A stretch of DNA of 64,000 nt from a virus: IMG/VR virus record IMGVR_UViG_3300032083_003484, positions 12,685 through 76,684 of that record. One strand, written 5' to 3'. A model generated the notes under the pieces. It ran no database searches, had not been told where the DNA came from, and worked only from the letters and a program-made list of their open reading frames with translations. Numbering within the stretch: the first letter of the stretch is position 1; every line of letters starts with the position of its first letter. Of the stretch, positions 29,503 through 39,354 are shown piece by piece. Position numbers and translations under genes: made by a program.

Positions 29503-31135
29503 TAATGTTAAAGTGTTTCTTGTACGTATTGTAATTTTTTAAACCAAAAACGTTTTTATATTTATTAAATATCTTTGATTCTTCTTTTAATTTTTCATGA
29601 AAATTTTCTTTTGCTGTAGATAAACCATTTACGTTGTAGTAGTACAAGCCAAGTACCTGTTGTATTTTCTTAAACTTCGATCCGCTTTGTGTGCAGCGCA
29701 GCCACATTTCCCAATCTCCCGCAAAGTTTAATTTTGTATCAAATAACCCATTTTTTTCACTCATTGTTTTTCTCCACATCGGGAGCGGTCCCGGAAGACA
29801 CTTAATCATGTTTTCTTTCGAATATTCTAACACCGAGTGCTCATAGAGTTTGTTGAACGAGCTGTTATTTAAATATGTTTCATTTTTTATATTTGTTTGA
29901 TAAGAATCAGCATAAACTAAATCAATTGTGTCGTCAACACTTAAATTTTTTGCCATTATCTCTAAAGAGTTATAAGCTCTGGTGTCGTCGACGTTCCACA
30001 AGGTAAGATAATCACCTGTCGATTTTTTAATCCCCAAGTTCATTGTTTCGTGCACATTTAAAGTTTTATTTAGTTTTTTATAAAATATATTATCATGCTT
30101 TTTAATGTATTTTTCTATTATTTCAAATTCTTTATCCGGCGAATTAGCATCAAATATTAATAACTCACATTTATCAAATATGGTCTGTTTGACCACTTCT
30201 GACATAAAATGCTCTATGTACTCTCCCCCTTTGTATAGGGAAGTTATTATTGAAATCTTAGGAATATATATCGATTTTATAAATTGAACTTTTTTATCTT
30301 GAATAACGTTTATAAATTTTGAAATTGTTTCATTTTTCTTATTTTCAATAAAATTTATTAAATCTAATCCTTTCAGATCACCAAACCAGGGTTCACTAGT
30401 GGCTCCTACTAATTTATTGGTGACAATTGTGCACCCCAGTATACGTGCCTCTATTGCAACCCGGCTAAAACTTTCAAGCCACTCGGGGAAAAAATATAAC
30501 TTTTCGGCGGTGGCTAGCTCTTTTATAAAAGTCTCATATTTGGACGGCTGTATAAATTCAAATTCAATATTATTTTTCTTACAATATTGAACTGTTCTAT
30601 CCATTCCTTTATTTTTGTTTTTTGTATACAATATTACATTTTTTTTTGTTTTTTTAATATTAATAGATTTTTTTAATAGTTCTATATTATCATTTGACCA
30701 TAAATTGCACCCTAAATTTACAACATGGTTTATTAAAAGATTTTTTTGTAAGACTTCTGCATGGATCTTACTTTGACAAAAAACTGCTTTTGCATTTTCA
30801 AAAAAATCTTTGTTTATAATAAATCTCGAAGGCGCTAGCATGTTTAAAAACTTAGAAGGATCATTTGTTGAAACATACTTATGATCGTGCTCTAAGATAA
30901 TATATTTTGTATTTTTAAGTAAATTTAAATTATTTTTACTTAAATTCATAAAATTTGAAATTATATAAAATTTATCATCTCTAATGTGAGCCGGCGTCAA
31001 TAAATGACAATTAATTTTTTCAAGCTTGCATCCTTCTGATACTAGGCATTTAATGAGTTCATCATTAAATGCCTCTGCGCCCCCCGAGATCCCTTGTTCG
31101 GCAAAGAAATCAGATACAAAAACAACATCATGCAT
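29489..31135 (-). CDS. Bifunctional glycosyltransferase (GT-B-like N-terminus + GT2 C-terminus)
   Basis: ESFSRVAIEARILG; KISIITSLY...NLGIKKSTGDYLTLWNVDD...GDWEMWLR. Confidence 0.8.
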   Translation of the reverse strand: MHDVVFVSDFFAEQGISGGAEAFNDELIKCLVSEGCKLEKINCHLLTPAHIRDDKFYIISNFMNLSKNNLNLLKNTKYIILEHDHKYVSTNDPSKFLNMLAPSRFIINKDFFENAKAVFCQSKIHAEVLQKNLLINHVVNLGCNLWSNDNIELLKKSINIKKTKKNVILYTKNKNKGMDRTVQYCKKNNIEFEFIQPSKYETFIKELATAEKLYFFPEWLESFSRVAIEARILGCTIVTNKLVGATSEPWFGDLKGLDLINFIENKKNETISKFINVIQDKKVQFIKSIYIPKISIITSLYKGGEYIEHFMSEVVKQTIFDKCELLIFDANSPDKEFEIIEKYIKKHDNIFYKKLNKTLNVHETMNLGIKKSTGDYLTLWNVDDTRAYNSLEIMAKNLSVDDTIDLVYADSYQTNIKNETYLNNSSFNKLYEHSVLEYSKENMIKCLPGPLPMWRKTMSEKNGLFDTKLNFAGDWEMWLRCTQSGSKFKKIQQVLGLYYYNVNGLSTAKENFHEKLKEESKIFNKYKNVFGLKNYNTYKKHFNINENE

Positions 31136-32417
31136 ATTCTTTTATTTCTTGTATGTTGTCAGACCATGTCTCCCAGTTAATTAATTCTGTCTTATCAACA
31201 ACATTATCGATTATTTTCTCAAATACTTCTTCTTCGTTTGGCCATTCTTTCTCAAGCCATTCTGCTAACTGGGTTGCTTTCTTTTGCATTGCGCCGTGAT
31301 TCTCCATCATCGAGCGCATCTTCATCTTAAATGAGCCTTCCTTTGGAAAACACCACATAGAATCAGGAATGATAACTTTATCCCATACAACTTCTTTCTG
31401 GACGTGGCGAAGTTCATAATCTACCTTAAGTGGAATGAACTTGTTTTTTCCCTTTACAGGCATCGTCAAGAAGTCGGTGTGCCCTGACCAAGCCGGTGCG
31501 ATGATAGGAAGGCCTGCTTGTGCTGCCTCGAATAGCGGAAGCCCATAACCTTCACCATGAGTTGTTGTGATAAAGGCGTGAATGTCCTTGTGTCGATAAA
31601 GGAGCGCCATCTCCTCTTCTGTCATATAGCCATGAAGAAGATATACCTTACATTTCTTTTCTTTGTAATCTTCGTGATCTAGAAGAACCTTGATTCTCTC
31701 AATACAATGAACCCGATCGATCTCGCAGTTCTTTGCTAGGTTGGTCTTTAGAACTAAGCCAACATTTTCACGATCGAAGTTTTCTTCGATAAACCATTTG
31801 ACTAGGTTCTCTAGATTCTTTCGTGGTCCCCATTGGGCAACTGAAAGAAAGTTAAAGTCTGTTTCAAAAGAGATTTGGTTTTCAATTGACTCTGGGCTGT
31901 CTTTAAATTCCCAATCTTTTCTTGGATAAGGAATAACTTCAATGGGTGTTTCGTTTTTGTAGCCCTTGACGATTTCTCCAGTTTGTTGGTTTTGTGCGTC
32001 ATAAGAGGTTTCGTCAAAAGCATAACGAGCAAACTGAGAAGGAACAATGATTTTATCCATCATATTTGCCTTCTCAATCCATTCTCCCGCAATCTTTGTG
32101 GTTTCAATACCTGCGGTGACGCCAATGTTGATCGGGGCCATACGCTCCCATTCAAGAGGTATTGTGACCTGTATTGAGACGTCTGGCTGAGGCATTTGCT
32201 TTTGTTGCATTAGCATAGCTGTCTTTTGAACGAGCGAGTCAAGCCATGCTCGCTCCTCATCGTCTTCAAAGATCCAGTTTGTCGCACCCCAACTGGTTGA
32301 AAGAAGGTAAAGATCTAGATCTTCCTCTCTTGAACGAAGTGAACGAAGAACCAAGCGTGTGTGTTCTCCATAGCCTGATTGTGATAGCGCTGGGCCTCTA
32401 ACTAATACCTTTTTCAT
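31128..32417 (-). CDS. GT4-family glycosyltransferase
   Basis: SGYG, RKN, GEGYGLPLFEA (Ex7E). Confidence 0.85.
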   Translation of the reverse strand: MKKVLVRGPALSQSGYGEHTRLVLRSLRSREEDLDLYLLSTSWGATNWIFEDDEERAWLDSLVQKTAMLMQQKQMPQPDVSIQVTIPLEWERMAPINIGVTAGIETTKIAGEWIEKANMMDKIIVPSQFARYAFDETSYDAQNQQTGEIVKGYKNETPIEVIPYPRKDWEFKDSPESIENQISFETDFNFLSVAQWGPRKNLENLVKWFIEENFDRENVGLVLKTNLAKNCEIDRVHCIERIKVLLDHEDYKEKKCKVYLLHGYMTEEEMALLYRHKDIHAFITTTHGEGYGLPLFEAAQAGLPIIAPAWSGHTDFLTMPVKGKNKFIPLKVDYELRHVQKEVVWDKVIIPDSMWCFPKEGSFKMKMRSMMENHGAMQKKATQLAEWLEKEWPNEEEVFEKIIDNVVDKTELINWETWSDNIQEIKEYA

Positions 32418-33676
32418 ACTACCTCCTCAAATGTCCAAGTTGAATGATTTTTTCTGCTTTCCCAAGATCCATAACGATTATGAATGTCTTCTAGGAGTGT
32501 TGGCCATTTATCACAAAAGTCTTTAAAGTTATAGTTCTTTTGCACGTGCTCTCGACCAGCTTCGCCAAGTGCGTTTCGCTCTTCTTCGGGCATTTCCATA
32601 ATCTTCGTGAGAGCCTCTATAAAGTCTTCCTTGTTGAGACGGTCCTCATAGATGTAAGGAATGTCTTGAGAGCCTATGATGGCCTTTGAGGACGGTTCTA
32701 GGCCTATTCCAAACCAGTTCTCACCATCAGTTACTTGTTCTTGGAGCCCACCGGTCATATTTACAATGATTGGGGTTCCACAAGAAAGAGACTCAAGGGT
32801 TGCTAGACCAAAACCTTCAGCATCTGAAATGTTGAGGGTGCAATCAACCATATTGTAAATGTTCGCAAGAATCTGCGGTGGATACTTTTGCTTTGAAAAG
32901 AATACTTGGCCATCTTCGTGCATATCAAGTTTCTTTGCAATTGCTTCTAGGTCTTGACCGTTTGGATCTTTTGGTTCTGTATGCATAATAAGAGTTGCCT
33001 TGTCCTTTCCAACTCTTTCCAAAAACTCTTTAAACCAAAATAGCAGGGTTCCTGACTGCTTTCGTCGTGCGTTTCGGTTGTTCCAAAAGAATACAAACTT
33101 TTCGTGGGACTCTCCTAGTTGTTCTTTCCTAAGATCTGATGTAGCTTCTGTTGGCATTGGCTTGAAGATGTCGCCATCAACTGCGTGTGGAACATAGTGA
33201 GATTCAACATCCGGCGCAACTTCTCGAACAATAGCATCTGTAACCTTTGAGATTGAACAAATAACATCATTTGAGTTATAAAACTTTTCATTGTAATAGG
33301 GAGCTGGGAAGTTGTCCCATACGTGATAATAAACCATCGGCATTTGAGAACGGATCTCGTCTTCCATTTCCCAAAGCCACCCAAAGAAACGTGGATCTGT
33401 CATAAACCACAAAAGGTCCGGTCGATGATTTCTCATAATCGACCGGACCACATCAGGCGTTCCAAACCCGTCAATCGGGTAAATGACCCAATCATCGCCC
33501 CATTCCTCTGTCTTGATGGGGTCGTATTTTGGATGTTTTATAGCACCACCAAGCGAAATAACTTGGTACTTTCCTGTTTTCAGAAGGGATTCTATTACAT
33601 ACTTTGTTTGAGTGCCAACACCAGACGGGGAAAGAGGCATGTCTGATATTGTTAGAATCTTAATCTTGTCTGTCAT
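32414..33676 (-). CDS. GT4-family glycosyltransferase
   Basis: NRNARRK, EGFGLATLES; start moved to MTDKIK (33676, GAGG RBS) instead of track start 33712. Confidence 0.85.
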   Translation of the reverse strand: MTDKIKILTISDMPLSPSGVGTQTKYVIESLLKTGKYQVISLGGAIKHPKYDPIKTEEWGDDWVIYPIDGFGTPDVVRSIMRNHRPDLLWFMTDPRFFGWLWEMEDEIRSQMPMVYYHVWDNFPAPYYNEKFYNSNDVICSISKVTDAIVREVAPDVESHYVPHAVDGDIFKPMPTEATSDLRKEQLGESHEKFVFFWNNRNARRKQSGTLLFWFKEFLERVGKDKATLIMHTEPKDPNGQDLEAIAKKLDMHEDGQVFFSKQKYPPQILANIYNMVDCTLNISDAEGFGLATLESLSCGTPIIVNMTGGLQEQVTDGENWFGIGLEPSSKAIIGSQDIPYIYEDRLNKEDFIEALTKIMEMPEEERNALGEAGREHVQKNYNFKDFCDKWPTLLEDIHNRYGSWESRKNHSTWTFEEVV

Positions 33677-33677
33677 T

Positions 33678-34481
33678 TTACCTCGGGCAATGTTTTGTAT
33701 GTTTGAATTCACAATAAGTGCAATTCATTCTATTCTTAAAGTATAACTGTTTGTGAATATTATAAACTGCTTTTTTTGTAAAGTCAAGAGCATTTTCAAC
33801 TTTTTTTTGCCCTGAAGTGATTTTAAATATTTCTACCCTATTTTTCTTTGCTGTTCTTTTAAGAAGCGCAAAGTGACATTCAACGTCTTTTAGTGGAATG
33901 CCGTATTTCTTAGCATAAAAATACTTGTAAAGAACTAACTGGTAGTTCGTCATCTTGCTACTTTTCTTTTCTGCTTTCCATCCCCAAGAACAAGTTTTGT
34001 AATCTAGAATGTGAATCTTGCCATCTGAAGTCTTGATAATAAGATCGATAAAACCTTTGAAAGAAAAGTTATAATCAATTCCTAGATCTTCTTTACAGTC
34101 TTCATAAAGAGAGTACTCTACAGCAACTAACTCAAACTTGCCGAATTCGATGCGAAGAGCGGGTAAAATAAGCTCAACAAGGTCTTCACCCTGTGCTTTC
34201 ATCTGTTCTACGAGCATTTCATCGTATTCTACACCATCTTTTTGGAGTTGGTTGATTTGTTTTGTAAAATCTTTTTGGAAATAAGAAATAGGGTCTTCTA
34301 TATTCTCCAAAAGCAACTGTTCCGCTGTGTTGTGAACAGCGGAACCAAAAGCGGTATGGGCAGAGCCCTTGAAACCAGCAATGTCGTCGACGTATACTAA
34401 CTTGTGATACCAAGGGCATTTATGCCAATTGGAAAGTTCGGAAAAAGAAATATGTGGTTTATGTAGCTTCGGCTCGGTCAT
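33678..34481 (-). CDS. PD-(D/E)XK exonuclease (RecB/Cas4-like)
   Basis: SFSEL...CP, FGSAVH, GFIDL, ILDYKT, QLVLY, C-terminal CxxCxxxxxC Fe-S motif. Confidence 0.85.
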   Translation of the reverse strand: MTEPKLHKPHISFSELSNWHKCPWYHKLVYVDDIAGFKGSAHTAFGSAVHNTAEQLLLENIEDPISYFQKDFTKQINQLQKDGVEYDEMLVEQMKAQGEDLVELILPALRIEFGKFELVAVEYSLYEDCKEDLGIDYNFSFKGFIDLIIKTSDGKIHILDYKTCSWGWKAEKKSSKMTNYQLVLYKYFYAKKYGIPLKDVECHFALLKRTAKKNRVEIFKITSGQKKVENALDFTKKAVYNIHKQLYFKNRMNCTYCEFKHTKHCPR

Positions 34482-35109
34482 TTAGCTCCTTTATCTTGTT
34501 AAACGCCTCTGGTGAGATCTTAGCAGATGCGGAGGCGCTTGTCAAGTAAAAGTGCTCAAAAGCGTTGGCCCAGTATTCCCTGAGAGACGTCGCCCCATAC
34601 GGAGAGGCGAAGAGGCCTGGAGTTAGGATGTGTAAGATGTCGTAGCCAACAGTTTGATAAAGAAACTCATCCCATTCTGGGTCATACTCAAACGGAACAG
34701 TTATAAGGAACTTTTCTGGAATTGCTATTTGAGCTTGCTTTCCCATTAGGCCGATTAGCTTTAAGTATTTTTCTTTATACTCTTGTTGGATCTTGCCGTC
34801 GCCATAGATAAAGTCGGTGAAGCGCTCCTCAAGAGAGTGCGCAACCTCGTGCACGATGTCGTCTAGAAAGTCCTGTTCGGAAGACTGTTCAGGCAAGACA
34901 TAGATAGCGCCGTCAGCATAGGCAGCATTTAGCTCTCTTTCTCTAAGATCCTCAAACTCACCAACATAAATAACATCGATGCCTTGCATTAGAAAATAAC
35001 CCGGTAAGGCTTTTTCTAATTTTTCCAAGGCTTGTTTAAAATCAAACCTAGTCTTTCCTTGTATAAAAACCTCAATTTGTCCGGCGTATAAAGTAAAAAA
35101 ATTATTCAT
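34459..35109 (-). CDS. Zincin-like metallopeptidase
   Basis: HEVAH and downstream EYWA motif. Confidence 0.6.
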   Translation of the reverse strand: MNNFFTLYAGQIEVFIQGKTRFDFKQALEKLEKALPGYFLMQGIDVIYVGEFEDLRERELNAAYADGAIYVLPEQSSEQDFLDDIVHEVAHSLEERFTDFIYGDGKIQQEYKEKYLKLIGLMGKQAQIAIPEKFLITVPFEYDPEWDEFLYQTVGYDILHILTPGLFASPYGATSLREYWANAFEHFYLTSASASAKISPEAFNKIKELNDRAEAT

Positions 35110-35371
35110 CGTCTTCAGCTTGCGGACCTAGATCGTCCATTGCTTGCTCGTAGCCACGAATAAAGTTTTCCTCAGCAAGAGCAAAAACAAGCTCTGGGAA
35201 GTGTGAAGCCAGTACATCAATAACCATCTCAACCGTAACATTGCCGGTTTCCGGCTTAAGCTCTTTTCCAACATAATCAACAACAAAAGTCTTAAGTTCG
35301 TTGTCGACCTGTACAACCTCATCAAGATCAGGATTACGCATTGCTTCTTCCATGGTTTTTATCTTTTCCAT
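35102..35371 (-). CDS. Hypothetical phage protein
   Basis: 89 aa with GAGG RBS. Confidence 0.6.
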   Translation of the reverse strand: MEKIKTMEEAMRNPDLDEVVQVDNELKTFVVDYVGKELKPETGNVTVEMVIDVLASHFPELVFALAEENFIRGYEQAMDDLGPQAEDDE

Positions 35372-35381
35372 TTTTTACCTC

Positions 35382-36692
35382 TTATAAGATCTTGGATGCT
35401 AGAGTAGCAATCTTGGATCGCTCACCTCTAACAAGTGTGACGTGGCCGGAGATTTCGTACTCCTTGAACTTCTCAACTGCGTAAGCAAGTCCGTTTGACG
35501 TCTCGTCAGTATAGTCATTATCGATTTGCTCAATGTCTCCGGTGAGAACAATCTTTGTATTATTTCCAACACGTGTAATAATAGTTTTTATTTCATGCAT
35601 TGTCAAGTTTTGTGCTTCATCAATAATAATGTAAGCGTTGTTTATTGAACGACCACGAATGTAAGTAAGTGCTTCAATCTCAATAATTCCTCGCTCTTGG
35701 AACATCTTAAAATTTTCCTTGCCTGAGAGCAGGGTTTCTAAGTTGTCCTGAACGGGGGCTAGCCAGGGAAGCATCTTTTCTTCTAGCGTACCTGGAAGGA
35801 AGCCAATGTCCTTACCCATAGGAGTTACGGGACGTGATACAATAAGTTTGTCGTATTCTTCCTTCTCTAAGACTAGCTCCAACCCAGCAGCAATTGCGGT
35901 CAAGGTTTTGCCAGTTCCTGCTTTTCCGATAAGGCTTACCAAACTAATGCTGTCATCTAAAAGTAAGTTTATAGCAAATGCTTGCTCTTTGTTTCTTGGA
36001 GACAGAGTGTTAAATACCTTTACACGCTCGCCTGAACGAACTTTTCGCAAAGGGGATGACGGTCTAATATATCTTGCTAGCGCAGTCTTTTTATCGTTAG
36101 CATTGGAAACCAACATCAAGAACTGACTTGGGTAATAAGCTTCATCTACAAAGATTTCTTCACCGGCATAAAACCGATCAACAACTTCATCATCAACCAA
36201 AACTGATGAGAAGCCTGTGTAAAGTTCGCTTGTGTCTTTTACGACCTTTGAGCGAATATAGTCTTCACACAGGAGACCAAGAGAGTCGCACTTGACTCGC
36301 ATGTTGATGTCCCTGGAGACCATGACATGCTTTCTCCGTGGGTTGGCGGCTCGCTCTTGGAAAGCGCAGCAAATGATCTCATTGTCTGGATCTTTTAATT
36401 GAATGTCCGGACAGTCTGCTAGATTTTCAGGATCTAACTGAACTGCTTTTAAAATTCCTAAACCTTTTCCTAAACGAACTCCTTTATAAAGAGATCCTTT
36501 TTCTCGCAAACTGTCTAAAATGCGGATTGTTTCTCTGGCATTTCTGCCAACACCATCTTGCCTTTTCTTGTGTTTATCTAACTCTTCTAGGACCTTAAAG
36601 GGTAATAAAATATCGTTATTCTCAAACGCATAAAGCGAATCCGGATGTGTCAAAGGTACATTCGTATCTAGAACATAAGTTTTTTTTGCCAT
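35382..36692 (-). CDS. phoH: PIN-PhoH (PhoH2/YlaK-like) ATPase
   Basis: YVLDTNV PIN start, DNEII, GKAGTGKT Walker A, GFLPG, RGRS, IIDEAQN, GDIEQID. Confidence 0.92.
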   Translation of the reverse strand: MAKKTYVLDTNVPLTHPDSLYAFENNDILLPFKVLEELDKHKKRQDGVGRNARETIRILDSLREKGSLYKGVRLGKGLGILKAVQLDPENLADCPDIQLKDPDNEIICCAFQERAANPRRKHVMVSRDINMRVKCDSLGLLCEDYIRSKVVKDTSELYTGFSSVLVDDEVVDRFYAGEEIFVDEAYYPSQFLMLVSNANDKKTALARYIRPSSPLRKVRSGERVKVFNTLSPRNKEQAFAINLLLDDSISLVSLIGKAGTGKTLTAIAAGLELVLEKEEYDKLIVSRPVTPMGKDIGFLPGTLEEKMLPWLAPVQDNLETLLSGKENFKMFQERGIIEIEALTYIRGRSINNAYIIIDEAQNLTMHEIKTIITRVGNNTKIVLTGDIEQIDNDYTDETSNGLAYAVEKFKEYEISGHVTLVRGERSKIATLASKIL

Positions 36693-36721
36693 GTGGTTTA
36701 TCTCCTTTCTTTAAATAGTGT

Positions 36722-36916
36722 TTAGATCGATTCCATGGCCTTTCTATAACATTTTGGGAGAACCGAGAAACTAGTAAAAACAACCTTTCTTTTTGTTGTT
36801 CCAAAGTTAGTTTTCGTTGTGAGAATAAAGTTTAAGCATCTTTCTGAGGAATTCGCCTTGTCAAACTCAATATTGATATTTCTAGCAAAGCTAGGGTCTA
36901 ATTTTTCATCATACAT
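36722..36916 (-). CDS. Small hypothetical protein
   Basis: MYDEKLDPSF... with AAGGA RBS; the track start (36976) lies inside tRNA-Asn. Confidence 0.5.
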   Translation of the reverse strand: MYDEKLDPSFARNINIEFDKANSSERCLNFILTTKTNFGTTKRKVVFTSFSVLPKCYRKAMESI

Positions 36917-36946
36917 AATTTTTTTCCTTTTGTGTTTCGCTACCAG

Positions 36947-37021
36947 CTCTGACACTTGGACTCGAACCAAGGACAAGCGGATTAACAGTCCGCCGCTCTA
37001 AACCAACTGAGCTATGCCAGA
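36947..37021 (-). tRNA. tRNA-Asn(GTT)
   Basis: TCTGGCA/TGTCAGA acceptor, GCTC-AGTTGGTTTA-GAGC D arm, GCGGA-CTGTTAA-TCCGC, CTTGG-TTCGAGT-CCAAG. Confidence 0.92.
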
Positions 37022-37731
37022 ATATTTAATATATTTATTGTCTCTTCCCATCCTTCTGTCTGAACGGAAACTCCTAATCTATTATCAACAATCTTTTTAG
37101 AAAGAGCATAATCATTTCCACCAGGGCGAGTTCTGTCTCCAACAAAAGCCAACCTTGCATTCGGGTGAAGCTCTAAGACTTCTTCAGCAACCTGGGACTT
37201 GTCTTGACCTGGATTGTTTAGGTCTAATGAGATCTCTCCACCGGCAACAGCAGATACTCCTGGGAATGTTTGTTCTATCTTCTTTACCAAGCCTAATCTT
37301 TCACCGGACATTTTATCCCAAGTATGGTATTCTTTTCGTTCCTGTAGTGTCGCATTTCGGCCAACAATAGAAAAGTTCCACATTCCAATTCTTTTTTCTA
37401 TGTGGTTTCCAGTCTTAAAAGGATAGTCAGAAGATCTAAGCTGGAATTTAAGAAACCTTTCAAAGCCAAGTGGTGGTCTAAAGTCTCTTTGATAAACTTT
37501 TTTATCGTTCTTGTAAAAGGCATTTCCCATACAAGCAAAAATACCCCCGGACAAGTTGAGAGTGTCCGGGGGTAACTGCTCTTCTATTTTTTCTAGATCT
37601 GAACCTGAGCATAAATAAAATGTATGCTCTTTTGCCCAGTCCTCAAAGAAAGTTAGGAACTCTTTTGTTGCGGGCTGTCTTGCCGGGGTTAAAGTTCCAT
37701 CAACATCAAATATATATACTTTTTCAGTCAT
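37012..37731 (-). CDS. Phosphomannomutase, HAD-IIB (eukaryotic PMM-type)
   Basis: FDVDGTLT, GSD, NFSIVGRNA, GGEISLD, FVGDR..PGGNDY. Confidence 0.85.
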   Translation of the reverse strand: MTEKVYIFDVDGTLTPARQPATKEFLTFFEDWAKEHTFYLCSGSDLEKIEEQLPPDTLNLSGGIFACMGNAFYKNDKKVYQRDFRPPLGFERFLKFQLRSSDYPFKTGNHIEKRIGMWNFSIVGRNATLQERKEYHTWDKMSGERLGLVKKIEQTFPGVSAVAGGEISLDLNNPGQDKSQVAEEVLELHPNARLAFVGDRTRPGGNDYALSKKIVDNRLGVSVQTEGWEETINILNILA

Positions 37732-38425
37732 TTGAGCATTCTAGTGAGAACTCTTGTTTCTCTCCGGAGTTTAGTTTGATTGTAACATCACGCTTTTCAA
37801 ACCAAGTTCTTCCGATGCGGCTGTCGGCGGCATCCTCTAATGTTGCTCTGAGTTCTCCAACGGTTGTAGTAATAACGGTGGAAATAGAAACTTCGGCGCT
37901 CTCACGATCAGTCATCTCGGTTGTTTTCTCAAACGCATCGTAGATAGCACTTGGCTTAGCATCAATTAGCGTATCAAAGTAATCAACAATGGCATTAGAC
38001 ATTGTGCGGCCTCTATCTTCCCTTAGAGCGGCATTAACATTTTCTCCGTTCATCTCCTTTCCATCTAGAAGCTTCTCAAGGGGCGCAGTAATCACGCTGG
38101 TTGAAAGCTCTTCTTCTAAGTTTAGGAGGGTCTTGAAAACATCCCAATCAAAATAGAAGCCGCCAATCAAAGCCACCCCATCACCATAAAGGTCTAGATA
38201 GGTTTCTCCCTCAAAGCAAAGGTTATTGTTTCTAATAACTTCCCGATCTGTGAGAAGTTGATATACATCGTCCAAAAGGCCGGTCTCTTCAATTGCCAGA
38301 TCTACAAAGTCATCATCAACGTGGATGCCATAGTAAGTTCCTTCAATAGTGATAGAGACTTGGTTTTCATCGTCGGCATCTAAGTTATCAAAAAAGCTTG
38401 TCCAGTTTTTTGTTGTTGTATTCAT
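37724..38425 (-). CDS. Acidic hypothetical protein
   Basis: 233 aa with AAGGAG RBS. Confidence 0.6.
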   Translation of the reverse strand: MNTTTKNWTSFFDNLDADDENQVSITIEGTYYGIHVDDDFVDLAIEETGLLDDVYQLLTDREVIRNNNLCFEGETYLDLYGDGVALIGGFYFDWDVFKTLLNLEEELSTSVITAPLEKLLDGKEMNGENVNAALREDRGRTMSNAIVDYFDTLIDAKPSAIYDAFEKTTEMTDRESAEVSISTVITTTVGELRATLEDAADSRIGRTWFEKRDVTIKLNSGEKQEFSLECSND

Positions 38426-38441
38426 TTTTCTCCTTATTTAG

Positions 38442-38486
38442 TAGACCCACCAGGACTTGAACCTGGAACCAATCGTTTATGAGACG
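38442..38486 (-). pseudogene. 3' half of a second CAT-anticodon tRNA
   Basis: CGT-CTCATAA-ACGAT TGGTT CCAGG-TTCAAGT-CCTGG TGGGTCT A; no D arm or 5' acceptor strand. Confidence 0.7.
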
Positions 38487-38502
38487 TATGATTTAATATT
38501 AA

Positions 38503-38576
38503 TGGGCGCAGAGGGACTTGAACCCCCATTGGATCGTTTATGAGACGACGGCATTAACCAATTATGCTATACGCCC
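38503..38576 (-). tRNA. tRNA with CAT anticodon, probably Ile2 (lysidine)
   Basis: GGGCGTA/TGCGCCC acceptor, A73, GTCGT-CTCATAA-ACGAT; directly downstream of tilS. Confidence 0.88.
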
Positions 38577-38639
38577 TTATACGGTTTTTACAGACTGATC
38601 AGGAGGGACGGTGACAGTGTCTGAAGGGAACCGTAAACC

Positions 38640-39251
38640 TTATAACTCATTGTATAAGCTTTTTACTTTTTTTGCAACAACTTTTTGTATGCCTGGGTTG
38701 ATTTTCTTAATTTCTGGAATAATAACGTTTCGGATTCTGTTTCTTGCGAAAGCATTATCATTATTAGATCTATCCTCAATCCAAGGCATTTCTTTTTTAT
38801 CACACCATTTGATCAACTTTTCTTTTTTTGTCAAAAGGAAAGGACGTATAACATTACCCCTCCTGTATGGTGTGATTTTTGCTTTTCCGTGTAGTGAAGA
38901 AAAAACATAAAATTCAACAACATCATCCAAGTGGTGACCTGTGATGATTGGCTTGTCGCTAAATTCATCAAAGAATTTATATCTTTGATCTCGCCAGAAC
39001 TCCTCTTGAGAGGCTCCAGGAGGCTTCACAGCGCCAAGGAAGCCGGTGTGAAGGGTAAGGGTGCGGTTTTCACAGAAACGTCTTAGAAAGGCTTCTGCTT
39101 CGTTTGACGTTGGGGTGTTGTGATTAAAGAAAAGCACCTCAACGTCATTTGATGGGTTGTTTGAGATAAAACTCAAGGCCGCCATAGAGTCAACGCCGCC
39201 AGAACAGGCAACATAAGATACTCTTGGGATGTTTCCAAGTAGTTGAATCAT
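38640..39251 (-). CDS. tilS: tRNA(Ile)-lysidine synthetase, minimal form
   Basis: PP-loop SGGVDS, FNH, RDQRY, GHHLDD, IRPFL, EDRSN, RNRIR. Confidence 0.9.
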   Translation of the reverse strand: MIQLLGNIPRVSYVACSGGVDSMAALSFISNNPSNDVEVLFFNHNTPTSNEAEAFLRRFCENRTLTLHTGFLGAVKPPGASQEEFWRDQRYKFFDEFSDKPIITGHHLDDVVEFYVFSSLHGKAKITPYRRGNVIRPFLLTKKEKLIKWCDKKEMPWIEDRSNNDNAFARNRIRNVIIPEIKKINPGIQKVVAKKVKSLYNEL

Positions 39252-39257
39252 ACAAGC

Positions 39258-39286
39258 ATTATAAATTACTTGTATGAAAAAGTCAA
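39258..39286 (-). promoter_or_regulatory. sigma70-type promoter of tilS (probably leaderless transcript)
   Basis: TTGACT-N17-TATAAT with the ATG 6 nt after the -10. Confidence 0.75.
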
Positions 39287-39354
39287 TAAATTATTTTTTC
39301 AAGCTAGCGCAGACAACGAAAGAAGAAAAGAGCCAATAATAAAACTTACTGCTC

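Noticed and set aside
22572-33676. Bacterial chromosome O-antigen locus, i.e. a prophage or host junction
   Set aside because: Cluster is translationally coupled to phage genes on both sides, with no integrase, att site, flippase or polymerase genes
33678-34481. Cas4 as part of a CRISPR-Cas locus
   Set aside because: Solo RecB/Cas4-like nuclease, common in phages; no array or other cas genes
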